Assembly: GCA_951406725.2 (NCBI GenBank)
Contig: OX597821.1
Span: forward strand, 35,092,001 to 35,156,000
DNA: 64,000 nt
Direction of reading: 5' to 3'
From: Octopus vulgaris
Taxonomy: Eukaryota
Each line of letters starts with the position of its first letter. Position 1 is the first letter of the stretch. A program made the position numbers and the translations under genes. The notes below the pieces were generated by a model, which did no database searches, was not told where the DNA came from, and worked only from the letters and a program-made list of their open reading frames with translations. Shown here piece by piece: positions 1 through 12,094 of this stretch.

Positions 1-386
1 ACAGCAGGGTTCACCGCCACCCCTGCCGAAGCCTCTTGGTGCTTTAGGTGTTTTCGCTCAATAAACACTCACAATGCCCGGTCTGAGAATCGAAACCGTG
101 ATCCTATAACCTATTTCTTTATTACCCACAAGGGGCTAAACATAGAGGGGACAAGCAAAGACAGACATAGGGATTAAGTCGATTACATCGACCCCAGTGC
201 GTAACTGGTACTTTATTTATCGACCCCGAAAGGATGAAAGGCAAAGTCGACCTCGGCGGAATTTGAACTCACAACGTAACGGCAGACGAAATACCGGTAA
301 GCATTTCACCCGGCGTGCTAACGTCTCTGCCAGATCCTATAACCGCGAGTCCGCTGACCTGACCACTGGGCCATTGCGCCTCCACT
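1..386 (-). mobile_element. tRNA-derived SINE, family A (runs off the window start), interrupted by a family B SINE
   Basis: Minus strand reads gtggaggcgcaatggcccagtggtcagg...ggtttcgattc (pol III A and B boxes); same family at 18207, 49320 and 60831. Confidence 0.85.
112..332 (-). mobile_element. SINE family B (Meta-domain-like) nested in a family A SINE
   Basis: Contains gtcgactttgcctttcatcctttcggggtcgataaa; 12-bp TSD gatcctataacc at 100-111 and 333-344. Confidence 0.9.
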
Positions 387-852
387 GTTAATTTATACGC
401 AAAATATTTATTCATGAATGCCAATGATTCCCCGTATCTATGTATTACATACATACACACACACACATTCACACACACATTACGAGTACGTGTGTGTATA
501 TATGCACGTGTCTATGTATATTAGCAAGTATTTATCGACGTACTTAAGTCTGTGTGCAAGTATGTATGAATGCAAGCACATATGATGTACGTATGTACGT
601 ATTTATACTTGTACGTAAGTATTCGCGCGTCTGTTTAAATCTCTATCAATATATATGTATATTCATGTACGCGTATGTGTGTAACTTTGAAGATATAGAA
701 CAAAGCGTACCGAACTTTGCAATAAGGTAAACATTGTTACATAATGAATGTCATCTGTCTAGAATCGGGGTGTGGAAACTGCACCTACAATGCCTCATAC
801 ATCCCTTTGATGTCCTTAAGTACGACCTTCTGGTAGAACCTCAGTATTTTGC

Positions 853-889
<37 letters not shown>

Positions 890-1023
890 GTCGCTTATTC
901 ATCTCACAAATGTTTATAATTTATTTAAAATGTCATTAAAATGTCAGTTTACATTTCATTTTATTTCTTATCTAATATCTATAATTACATTTTCACCATA
1001 AATGTAATTATATTTTTCTATAG

Positions 1024-1197
1024 ATCTAATAAAATTTTCATTGACGCTCTCGTATCGGAGTTTATGCTCATGTCAATGGGGCCTTCACGTCCCCGATCCA
1101 GATGGAATCAACTATTCATTTATTCTTTTACTGGGGCTCAGTTCCCTACATCAAGGGTTTTATTTGGCGGCATCAATTACACCGACTTCAGCCAATC
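1024..1197 (+). CDS. candidate internal host exon, product unknown
   Basis: Pyrimidine tract tatttttctatag before it, gtaaagt after it, length 174 nt (multiple of 3), non-repetitive; reads SNKIFIDALVSEFMLMSMGPSRPRSRWNQLFIYSFTGAQFPTSRVLFGGINYTDFSQ. A second frame is also open and no family was recognised. Confidence 0.3.
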
Positions 1198-1209
1198 GTA
1201 AAGTCATAC

Positions 1210-1445
1210 GAGCGGTGAATGCAGAATCGTCAGTAAATCGGATGAAGCGGCTGGTGGTATTTGTTCCGGTTCTCTTCACTCTGAGCTCAAATCACGCCCA
1301 AGTCAACTTTTATATTTTCGAGATCGATAGAAAAATTATTACACACATGAGTCTATAGACATAAATAAATATAAAGCCAATATGCTCGACCAAGACTCTT
1401 TAAGGGAGTACCTCAGCATGGTCATAGTTCTATGACTGAAACCTC
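1210..1445 (+). mobile_element. old SINE with family B-like head and family C-like tail
   Basis: gcggtgaatgcagaatcgtcag...ctctgagctcaaatcacgcccaagtcaacttt, then cagcatggtcatagttctatgactgaaac. Confidence 0.5.
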
Positions 1446-2619
1446 TTAACAAATGAAAGTGTTTCCGAGGGTTACATACCACGAAGTTTCTTCTGGATTG
1501 AAATAACAACTGAATACTAAATTAGTTCGTATAGCTTGCTGTTACTAGTACGGTGCTGTATCACTAGTTAACATTCAAATTGCGAAACCAACAGAGCCGC
1601 CAAAGGTAACAGGTCACGTAAACTGTAGCATTATTGTAACTTTGATAAAATAACATTTAGCGTTGATTTCAATTCCGCCTGTGGATGGATATAGCATGAG
1701 GGAAGACGATATCTTAATACACTACCTGAACACATACTGTTGCTATAGCTTTGTTGTAGTTTGGTTCACGGTCATCTCCATTCGAGTTCCCTATTCATCA
1801 TAGATTTGGCTGTTGTTGGTGTTGTCAATAATTAACTCCTGTCTGTCCTGATCAGTACTATTATGAAAAACATTCCAGTCGAGAGAGCTTCCGGTATTAT
1901 GTTCAGAAATAGTCCACGCTTGACTGCCTTATCTCAAAGGTATTTTACTTTCCCGTTATAAAACGGTAAGGTGTGATTTGAAAGAGATTTAGAGCTGCTT
2001 TTTCGAACAGTCTGATAAACCGCATAAAAGTCACCATACCGTGTTTTCCATTATTACGGTCATATCTTCAATGGCACCCATGCCAACCAATAGACAATGT
2101 GATTCCCCATCTGAATCACAATTAACAATTTACTTAAACGATGAACCAAAAGAGGCGCCTGAGCATAGTTACTCTACTTGCTAAAAGTAGTAGCTAAATC
2201 TCTTTTCAATAACATCCTATTACTTAAAATGGCCGAAAATCGATATGAGATAGTAACTGTTGTAATTCCTTTGATCGTAGGTTTGTCCGGTCTTGTCTGA
2301 CTGACTTTAGATTAAAAGACAGTAAGAATTGGATGCAGTCATGGCCGTGTGGTTAAGAATTTCGCTTCGCAACTACAGGGTTTCGGTTTCGTTTCCACTG
2401 CGTGGCACTTTCAGGAAATGTCTTTTTATCCTGTCTCAACTCATCGTGAGTTTTAGCAGTTTATGTTTAACGGTGACAGTAGCAAACTCTCCCCAGACAC
2501 AATATCTCCCTTTCTCTTCTCAATGGTAATTAGTAAAAGTCCACCCAGCTGGCACATCTTGTACCAAAATCATTCTAAACAGGATGCTTCATTGCAGTCT
2601 ACGCCTCGGAGGAAGCTTT

Positions 2620-2797
2620 TATCTTTTACATGTTTTAATCATTAGAACTGCGGCCGTGCGGCGGCACAGCCTTGAACAATTTTAATCAAAAAACCTGGTA
2701 CAAATTCTGTCAGTTTTTTATTACCGAACAGTTAATGTTACAGCGACGTAAACACACCACTACCGGTTGTCAAGACGTGGTGTGGAACAAACATAGA

Positions 2798-2800
<3 letters not shown>
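2620..2800 (-). mobile_element. SINE family C, 3' half, degenerate
   Basis: Matches the 3' half of the full copies at 11388 and 14102; adjoins (TA)n. Confidence 0.65.
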
Positions 2801-2846
<46 letters not shown>

Positions 2847-3088
2847 GTTATAACATTATATATGTTATGACAACTTTCTCTGTCATGTCTGGTTATATGT
2901 TATCATCAGAAGTGGGTGTAACGAAAGTAGCTTTAATTTCTTTAGCTCGTTCAATTTTTCTCAATTGATTAATAATCCGATTGATTAAACCTATTGGCAA
3001 CGTTCCTATAATGTCTACTGAAAACAGCTGTAATCCAAATTTGCTCTAATAAAGGAAAAATATGTAATGGCCATTATCTATAACTTGT

Positions 3089-3127
<39 letters not shown>

Positions 3128-3372
3128 AGGGAATATTATTCCAAACTTACGCGGAAAAATTCAATTTAGTGATACTAAATCAGATTTCACAAAATATAAT
3201 ATATATATATATATATTAGAAAAACAACACCTTTTATCAATTCAATATTGACAAATTATATTATACCACTTAGATTACATATTATAGAAAGATTAGATAT
3301 AAGATAAAACATATAACGATGATTAAATAATGTATATATTAAATAATGTATATATTAGGTAGAATATATATA

Positions 3373-4089
3373 GTGGTCTGATCAATAAGTATCCGGACTA
3401 TTGCAATAGTAACGAAGCTAGACCACGCAGAGTCACACCTCTTGGTACGGATTGACATTGAACGCCGTTGTGCACGCGCATTAAGTTTTAACGTTCTAGC
3501 TCACTTCCGCTGTTTACAGCAGTGCTTGGAAGGAAGGTGTGTTGCGTGTGATCGTCGCATTAACCATAACAGAGAAACTTGAGCAGAGAATCTGCCTTAA
3601 ATTTTGCCAAAAGCTTGGCGATATCTGCTCAGAGGCCTACGCAAAGTTTTCAAAAAGGTTTCATCTCTACAATCAAGGAGATCTCATGCAATTAAAACCC
3701 GAGTGTATTTTGGGTCAGCTGAAAGACTTGGCAGATGCGCGTCTCAGAACGTTCTTCAATATCGACATTTTTTCGGCCATCTGAAAAACGTATGAACCGC
3801 TCGTACACTTGTGTGTGGCTCATACACTTCACTCCATACTTTTTCTGCAACTTTGCGTAGACCTCTGAGTAGATATCGCTATGACAACTTTCTCTGTCAT
3901 GGTCAATTCGACGATCACACGCTACACAACTTCCTTTCAAGTACTGCTGTAAATAGCGGAAGTAAGTTAGAACGTTAAAACTGAGTGCGCATGCACAGTA
4001 GAGATGAGGTCAATCTCTGCCTAGCAGCGTCACACTGCATGCTTTAGCTTCGTTACTATGGCAATAATCCGGATACTTATTGATCAGAC
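3373..4089. mobile_element. mariner-derived MITE made of two inverted 5' ends (long TIRs of roughly 250-280 bp)
   Basis: Terminal gtctgatcaataagtatccgga / tccggatacttattgatcagac flanked by TA. Both arms carry the mariner N-terminal HTH (EQRICLKFCQKLG on +; SEVYAKLQKKYGVKCMSHTQVYERFIRFSDGR on -). Confidence 0.85.
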
Positions 4090-4104
4090 ATATATATATA
4101 TATA

Positions 4105-4256
4105 TACGAATGGCTTCTTTTAGTTACAAAGCTTTCGTCATTCTAAGACTATAACAAAATACACTTTCCCAAGCTGTTACGCAGTGGGACTGAACCCGGT
4201 ACCATGTGGTTCGGATATCTTCCCATAGCATCTATCACCACATCCCATACGCCTAT
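4105..4256 (-). mobile_element. SINE family C, 5' half, degenerate
   Basis: ccacatggtaccgggttcagtcccactgcgt head on the minus strand. Confidence 0.65.
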
Positions 4257-4262
4257 GATACC

Positions 4263-4477
4263 TATTTCTTTACTACCCACAAGGGGCTAAACACAGAGAG
4301 GACAAACAAGGACTAAGGGATTAAGTCGATTACATCGACCCCAGTGCGTAACTGGTACTTAATCTATCGACCCCGAAAGGATGAAAGGCAAAGTCGACCT
4401 CGGCGGAATTTGAACTCAGAACGTAACGGCTACGCATTTCGACCGGCGTGCTAACGATTCTGCCAGCTCGCCGCCTT
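4263..4477 (-). mobile_element. SINE family B, near full length
   Basis: 17-bp TSD catac(g/a)cctatgatacc at 4246-4262 and 4478-4494. Confidence 0.9.
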
Positions 4478-4863
4478 CATACACCTATGATACCACCATT
4501 CACTCGCATCCTTACTCAACTGTATAAAGGCATTAAGTTAACCTGACTGTGATTGAAGGACGCTTGATACACTGTCCAAAATTCCATACAGTTACGACCT
4601 CCATGTCTTGTTTATGATCCTCCTAATGACCTAGCGTCTGACGCTGCCTATGATCAGTCAAGGGTAATGTAGTAGTTGCCTTTATACCATTAGCCACACA
4701 TTAAACAAACTCATACGCGAGTTTGCTTCATGTATGAATAATATTCCAACAGAAGTAATGAAAGTCGACTCGAAATATTGTTAATAAATATGATCACGAC
4801 GGCGATGTGTAGAAGGACCAAGTCAGCAACAATACTGATGAGAACGTTGTTGTTCTTGATGGC

Positions 4864-4898
<35 letters not shown>

Positions 4899-5200
4899 GA
4901 ATACGAAGGATAAGGAGATGGTGGTGGACGTGGCTGTGGTGGCATTAATTGTAATATAAGTGTTTAAATACGTTAACATAACTTAGTTATGGAGAACATA
5001 ATTGAATCCTGAATGAGAAGCAATTGATTGATAAGCCGCATAGTTTTAGTGCAGGACTCTCGACTAATTAAATGAATTAAGCAGCGAAATGAAGGCGCAG
5101 TGCTTCCTTTTACTAATATGTATTAACGACACGCACATACACACATATACACAGATGCAAACATCCACACTCATATATTACCTGATAAAAGGATACAGAA

Positions 5201-5202
<2 letters not shown>

Positions 5203-5255
<53 letters not shown>

Positions 5256-5498
5256 CATATATATGCATATATATATACATATATATAGAGATACATACAT
5301 ATATAGATACATATATAAATATAGATGCATATATAAACATAGATGCATATATAAATATAGATGCATACATACATATATATATATACATACATATATATAT
5401 ATACATACATATATATATACACATACATATATATATACATACATATATATATACATAGATATATATATAAATAAATATATATATACATACATATATAT

Positions 5499-5554
<56 letters not shown>

Positions 5555-5672
5555 ACACACACGCATACATACATGCATATATATATATATGCATACATAC
5601 GCACTCATATGGATATATACACATATGTATAGATATATAGATATATTTGCGTGTATATAATATATACATACG

Positions 5673-5706
<34 letters not shown>

Positions 5707-5720
5707 AACACGCACACAGA
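5203..5720. repeat. compound (TA)n/(TACA)n microsatellite
   Basis: Direct reading. Confidence 0.95.
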
Positions 5721-6804
5721 TATGTATTATATAATAAAATTACTAAATCCAAATTCATTTATGCACAAATACGTCAAAGTATAATTTTACCTCTTATACC
5801 TTACCGTTACTGTTAAATGCCTTAAGATTTTATCATTAAACCATCTGACAAACGCACTGAAGCGGTGGCAATGTTGGTGTGGTGGAATACTGTTGATGGT
5901 GGCTCAGTGATGTGTATTCTGTCAGCAGTGTTACCTTGGTATCTGACGTAACAGGGAAAACCATGTTGTTATTTAGGTGTAAGATGATACCAAGAAGTAG
6001 AATGACTTAGCTCCGTAATTGACATGTGCTAACAACAGGGTAGATATTTTCGATTTCATAAACTCAGTTCTCTCAGCACAAGCACTTAGTACCCTATGAC
6101 CATTACCCAATATGCTAGTCACTCTAAATATCAATACCCATAGCCACTAACAATAATAGTCATTACATTTCATCGTCATACAAAAGAAAGAATGTATTCG
6201 ATAACGCAGCCATCGATTGCGTAATGTAGTTAGCGAAAGATTTACTGCTATACCTAAAAATAGGTTTAATTATGGGTGGAATACTTTTGAAAATAAAAAT
6301 CTTCGATCAGGGTTGACATGAGTGGAATAAAGAAGAAGACGAAGACGACGACGACGACGATAAAAATAACAATAGCAATGACAACAATAGTCATCCAAAA
6401 ATCATTTGATATCCAATTTCTGGCAGCCGAATCTTCTTCAAATGATAGAATTGTGTTTTAAAAATGGATACGTAGACCAGATAAAGTTATTCTTAAAATG
6501 TTTTATGAGAATAAAAAAAAAAGACAGGATAGTCATACTTTGAAAGCTGATCGGACGATTTAGGTTGGACTTCAGCAATTATTTCAATCTGACATGTGTG
6601 AAAGCCATTACAGATATACATAAACATTTATTCTGCACGAAGAAAATGGCAAAATCCACTGAAGGGTGAGTGTTTCTCCAAATATTCACAAAACCAAACA
6701 CCATGATATAAAAAAAAATGGTGAGTGGAAATTCCACAGCGATGTAAGGCGTTACAGAAATAATAACAATAAAAAACAAAATTCTCAACAAAAACGATAA
6801 TAAC

Positions 6805-7107
6805 AACAGCACTTAGAGAGCGCAAATCTTCGCCAAGGCAACACCAACGTCCTCTCAACGAGAATACTTAAAATGAACCTGACTACTCTTGAAAATTAAG
6901 GGAAAAAAAATCCAGGAAAATAATCCAGAATCCTTGTCCGATACTGGATCGATCCCAAAATCTAATCAGTTTGTGCCAGTCACAAAGCCAAACATCCATG
7001 AAAGTTTCATCCGAATCCATCCGACGGTTCTTGAGGTTATTTTGTCTGCGGACAAACAAACAAACGCAACTGAAACAATACTTTCGCCTTCGCTAAGGTG
7101 GAGGTAA
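6805..7107 (-). mobile_element. Helentron-associated non-autonomous element (HINE/DINE-1-like)
   Basis: On the minus strand: start ttacctccaccttagcgaaggcgaaag (subTIR plus inverted repeat), (TTTG)n microsatellite, 3' subTIR ccttggcgaag, then hairpin gcgctctctaagtgc. Confidence 0.65.
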
Positions 7108-7111
7108 CAAT

Positions 7112-7315
7112 TATTTCTACTATAGGCACATGGCCTGGAATTTTGGAGGAAGAGGCTAGTCGATTTCGTCAACCCCAGTGTTCAACTGGTACTTATTCCA
7201 TCGACCCCCGAAAGAATGAAAAGCAAATTCGACCTCGGTAGAATTTGAACTCAGAACGTGAAGACGGACGATATGCTGCTTAGCATGCAACCGATTCTGC
7301 TAGCTCACCACCTTC
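7112..7315 (-). mobile_element. SINE family B, alternative-tail subfamily
   Basis: Family B head and middle, tail ctcccaaaattccaggccatgtgcctatagtagaaa. Confidence 0.75.
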
Positions 7316-8506
7316 TAGAACAATGATAATAATAACAACAGAATGATACAAAGAGAAAGTAGTCAGTATAGAACAGGTCTTCCCAATGTCACTGGTACAC
7401 ACAGAATGCAATAAAGCATTGTTGGCCTTGATGCAATTTTCGAACCGAATTATCCCATACTACATTCAAGTTGACATAATTCGAACAAATATTTTATCAC
7501 CTCAGTACAGAACGCTATATATTTCAGATGATTCAGACCATATCTCATAAAAGAAAACCCCAGGTACATAGTTATAGAAACTACATTCCAATAGGTGGGA
7601 CCACACTAGAAATACAGGCCTTGAAAATATATTAACCAGTTACACGCAGTACATTGCTTTGTTAAACACATATACACACGCTTCCCTGTCGCATTCACAC
7701 CAACCATTGTTAATTCTCATTAAAACGGACCAAAGAAACCACTCCCTTATCTCTCTTACTTCCATGCTCTTTTTTCCGTTCCCTTTCTTTGTTTAATTTT
7801 TATCTTCTTGTTCTTTTTCGTTCGTTGTTATTTATTTCTTACAGAGAGGCCATTTTGTTTTCTGAGACTGAATGGTTACCAGATAATACACAGCACGCTG
7901 TATAAGCTCGTCCGACTATTGTATTATCAGAGGCATGAAACTTATAGTAGCTTTAATTTAAATCCTGCGTACATACACACACACACACACAAGCACGCAC
8001 AAACACACACGCACGATCAGACACATAAACACACAAGCACACACACATGCACGCACACATGTACACACATATGTTGTCCGAACAACAAGACAGTATCTTC
8101 CAAACACCATAAATGGAAATCTCACCGAATTCAATACGTCTTAGTTTTCAAATACCGGCGGAAACATAATAGCATCACAATTAAATATTCCACGCCAACC
8201 CACAACACACATTCACGCCCATACACACACGCTCACGTGCGCACGCTCACGTGCGCACGCTCGCACACAAAAATCACTAAAGCAACTACCATAACTCCAC
8301 TTCGTGCTCACAGACGTTGGCTACCATTACCAATTGGCAAACAATTCCCCAGCCTCAGACCATTTCTCAATTACATTTTAAATACACTCACACATCAATG
8401 AAGAAACCAAAAGCAATTTTCTCAACTAAAAAAATAAAAGTTCAATGGAATAAGTTTCTCCAAGCTACAGAATTAAGTTTTCCGTCATTCAACACCACTT
8501 TATTCT

Positions 8507-8950
8507 GCCAGCACGCCGGGCGAAATGTGTAGCCGTATTTCGTCTGTCGTTACGTTCTGAGTTCAAATTCCACCGAGGTCGACTTTGCCTTTCATCCTTT
8601 CGGGGTTGATAAATTAAGTACCAGTTGCGCACTGGAGGTCGATATATATTTCTTTACTACCCACAAGGGGCCAAACACAGAGGGGACAAACAAGGACAGA
8701 CAAAGAGATTAAGTCGATTACATCGATCCCAGTGCGTAACTGGTACTTAATATATCGACCCCGAAAGGATGAAAGGCAAAGTCGACCTCGGCGGAACTTG
8801 AACTCGGAACGTAAGTACAGATGAAATACGGCTACGCATTTCGCCCGGTGTGCTAACGTTTCTGCCAGCTCGATATACTCGACTTAATCCGTTTGTCTGT
8901 CCTTGTTTGTTCCCCCTTTGTTTAGCCCCTTGTGGGTATTAAAGAAATAG
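8507..8950 (+). mobile_element. SINE family B interrupted by an antisense family B copy (8648-8870)
   Basis: The + copy breaks at ...ggtcgatata and resumes at ctcgacttaatccg; duplicated tcgatata at 8639-8646 and 8870-8877. Confidence 0.88.
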
Positions 8951-8993
8951 ATATTACAGTTCATATGGTCAACAAAATAATTTTAGGTATATC

Positions 8994-9084
<91 letters not shown>

Positions 9085-9148
9085 AATCTATCTAAATCTA
9101 TCTATCTATCTATCTATGTATCTATGTATCTATCTATCTATCTATCTA
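8994..9148. repeat. (TATC)n tetranucleotide microsatellite
   Basis: Direct reading. Confidence 0.95.
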
Positions 9149-9272
9149 CACACATTTTATTTTTGTAATTGAATTGATTGGCTGTGGAAACAGCTGTAGG
9201 CAGGATTTCTCTACAAATATTTGAATGTGTTTAAACAAATAACACCTGTCTATTTTCTTAATTTTCTCATAT

Positions 9273-9303
<31 letters not shown>

Positions 9304-9313
9304 CGTGTGTGTA

Positions 9314-9518
9314 CGTGGGGGTTACTGAAAAGTTCCTGGCTTTAAGGGTATCACGAAAGGCCCAACCTTGCTAATCCTTTTGCAGGGCTGAGAAAAACTG
9401 AAGGTCCGCTGCAAGAAATGTGTGACTCTCAAGAGATATATGTTGAATAAAATCATAATTAACTGATCCTCCTGTATTTTCTTCTACCCAAAAGCCAGGA
9501 ACTTTTTAACACCCCTGG
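9314..9518. mobile_element. Tc1/mariner-type MITE, about 205 bp
   Basis: TIRs gggggttactgaaaagttcctggcttt..gggta / taccc.aaaagccaggaactttttaacacccc; TA on both sides. Confidence 0.8.
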
Positions 9519-9557
9519 TACACACACATACACATATGTATGCATGCATATATGTAT

Positions 9558-9783
9558 ATATTTCTTTACTACCCACAAGGGGCTAAACACAGAGGGGACA
9601 AACAAGGACAGACAAACGGATTAAGTCGATTACATCGACTCCAGTGCGTAACTGGTACATAATCTATCGACCCCGAAAGGATGAAAGGCAAAGTCGACCT
9701 CGGCGGAATTTGAACTCGGAACGTAACGACAGGCGAAATACGGCTACGCATTTCGCCCGGCGTGCTAACGTTTCTGCCAGCTC
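9558..9783 (-). mobile_element. SINE family B
   Basis: 12-bp TSD gcatatatgtat at 9546-9557 and 9784-9795. Confidence 0.9.
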
Positions 9784-10084
9784 GCATATATGTATGCATG
9801 CACGAATGTATGCATGTATGTGTGCATGTATGTATGTGTATGTGTGCATAAATGTTTATTTTTATGTTAACAGTTTTTACTTTAAAGTACTCAATACTTT
9901 TTGTAGAGTATTCATTATCCTCTTACAACAATAATGTTGACAGTAACTTCGAAGCTTCGGCCTCCTTGCCTTCAACGGACTGTGGTACGTTTGAGTTTAT
10001 TATGCTTTATATATTTCTTGGCAACGTTATTTTCTTTTGGAGGTAAGTGGAGTTCTATTGAAAGATAATTAGGCTGTAGATTTT

Positions 10085-10139
10085 ATGTATGTATGTATAT
10101 ATGTAGGCATGTATGTATGTATATGTATATATACGTATA

Positions 10140-10172
<33 letters not shown>

Positions 10173-10738
10173 ATGTATATATATATATATACGTATATAT
10201 ATATATACGTATATGTATATATATTCGTATATATTTATATATATGTATGTATATATACGTAATATATATATACATATACATATATACATATGTATGTATA
10301 TATACGTAATATATATATACATATACATATATACATATGTATGTATGTATATATATATATATATATACGTATATATATATATATGTATGTATATATACGT
10401 ATATATATATGTATGTATATATACATAATATATATATATATATACGTATATATACATAATATATATATATACGTATATATACATAATATATATATATATA
10501 TATATTTATACGTATATATACATAATATATATATATATATATATATACATAATATATATATATATATATACGTATATATACATAATATATATATATATAT
10601 ATATATATATAACGTATATATACACCACCTAATATATATATATATATATACGTATATATACATAATTCATATATATATATATACGTATATATATATACGT
10701 ATATATACATATATATATATATATATACGTATATATAC

Positions 10739-10777
<39 letters not shown>

Positions 10778-11031
10778 GTATATATACATAATATATATAT
10801 ATACGTATATATATATATATATATACGTATATATATATATATATAATATATATATATATACTTATATGTATGTATATATACATAATATATATCTATATAT
10901 ACGTATATATATATATATACACGTATATATATACGTATATATATGTATATATATATATATACACGTATATATATATACGTATATATATGTATATATATAT
11001 GTATGTATGTATATGTATATATATATACATA
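10085..11031. repeat. complex (TA)n-based array with recurring cgtatatatacataa unit
   Basis: Direct reading. Confidence 0.95.
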
Positions 11032-11387
11032 TTGAGAAAAAGGAGGCAGTCAGAATTTTGAATAATTCTTTTTTGCGCTTTCGTTCGTTTATCAAGACAA
11101 AATCAAATTTCAAATTGTGAAAACAGAACGTTCCGTTGTTCGTTTATATGAATTGGATGCTTCATGTAAAAAGTATCCGATTCATATAAATGAACAACGA
11201 AACGTTCTCTTTTTACCATTTAGATTTTGATTTTGTGTTGCCGAGTTCGATAAACGAACGAAAGCGTTAATAAAGAATTACCCAAAATTCTGACCACTTC
11301 ATTTTTCTCAATATACAATATCTGTACACCACTTCAAACACTCTATACGTATATACATATGAATGTATGTATGTATGTATGTATGTC

Positions 11388-11610
11388 TTTACTCTTTTAC
11401 TTGATTCAGTCATTTGACTGAATCCATGCTGGAGCACCGCCCTTAGTCGAACAAATCGACCCCGGAATTTATTCTTTGTAAGCCGAGTACTTATTCTATC
11501 GGTCTCTTTTGCCGAACCGCTAGTTGACGGGGATGTAAACACACCAGCATCGATTGTCAAGCAATGCTAGAGGGACAAACACAGACACACAAAGATATAC
11601 ACACACATAC

Positions 11611-11688
<78 letters not shown>

Positions 11689-11847
11689 GACAGGCTTCTT
11701 TCAGTTTCCGTCTACCAAATCCACTCACAAGGCTTTGGTCGGCCCGAAGCTATAGCAGAAGACACTTGCCCAAGATGCCACGCAGTGGGACTGAACCCGG
11801 AACCATTGGTTGGTTAGCAAGCTACTTACCACACAGCCACTCCTGCT
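11388..11847 (-). mobile_element. SINE family C, full length (CORE-like domain, internal microsatellite, LINE-derived tail)
   Basis: gcaggagtggctgtgtggtaag head, cttgggcaagtgtcttc CORE-like motif, internal (TA)n(TG)n, tail ggcggtgctccagcatgg...cagtcaaatgactgaa. Confidence 0.9.
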
Positions 11848-11865
11848 GTATGTATATATGTATGT

Positions 11866-11903
<38 letters not shown>

Positions 11904-11947
11904 ATATGTATGTATGTGTGTGTGTGTATGTATGTATATATGTATGT

Positions 11948-11979
<32 letters not shown>

Positions 11980-12094
11980 GTATGTATGTATGTATGTATG
12001 TATGTATGTATGTATGTATGTATGTGTGTGTGTATGTATGTATGTATGTATGTATGTATGTATGTGTGTGTGTGTATGTATGTATGTGTGTATG
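11848..12094. repeat. (TATG)n/(TG)n microsatellite
   Basis: Direct reading. Confidence 0.95.

Noticed and set aside
197-391. Recurrent peptide RNWY..YRPRKDERQSRPRRNLNS in several ORFs
   Set aside because: Antisense translation of SINE family B, not a protein family.
5089-5758. Long YIYI/ICIC-type ORFs (also near 10083-11120, 11725-12222, 54527-55151, 59433-60357)
   Set aside because: They are translations of (TA)n, (CA)n and (TATG)n repeats, which lack stop codons in several frames.
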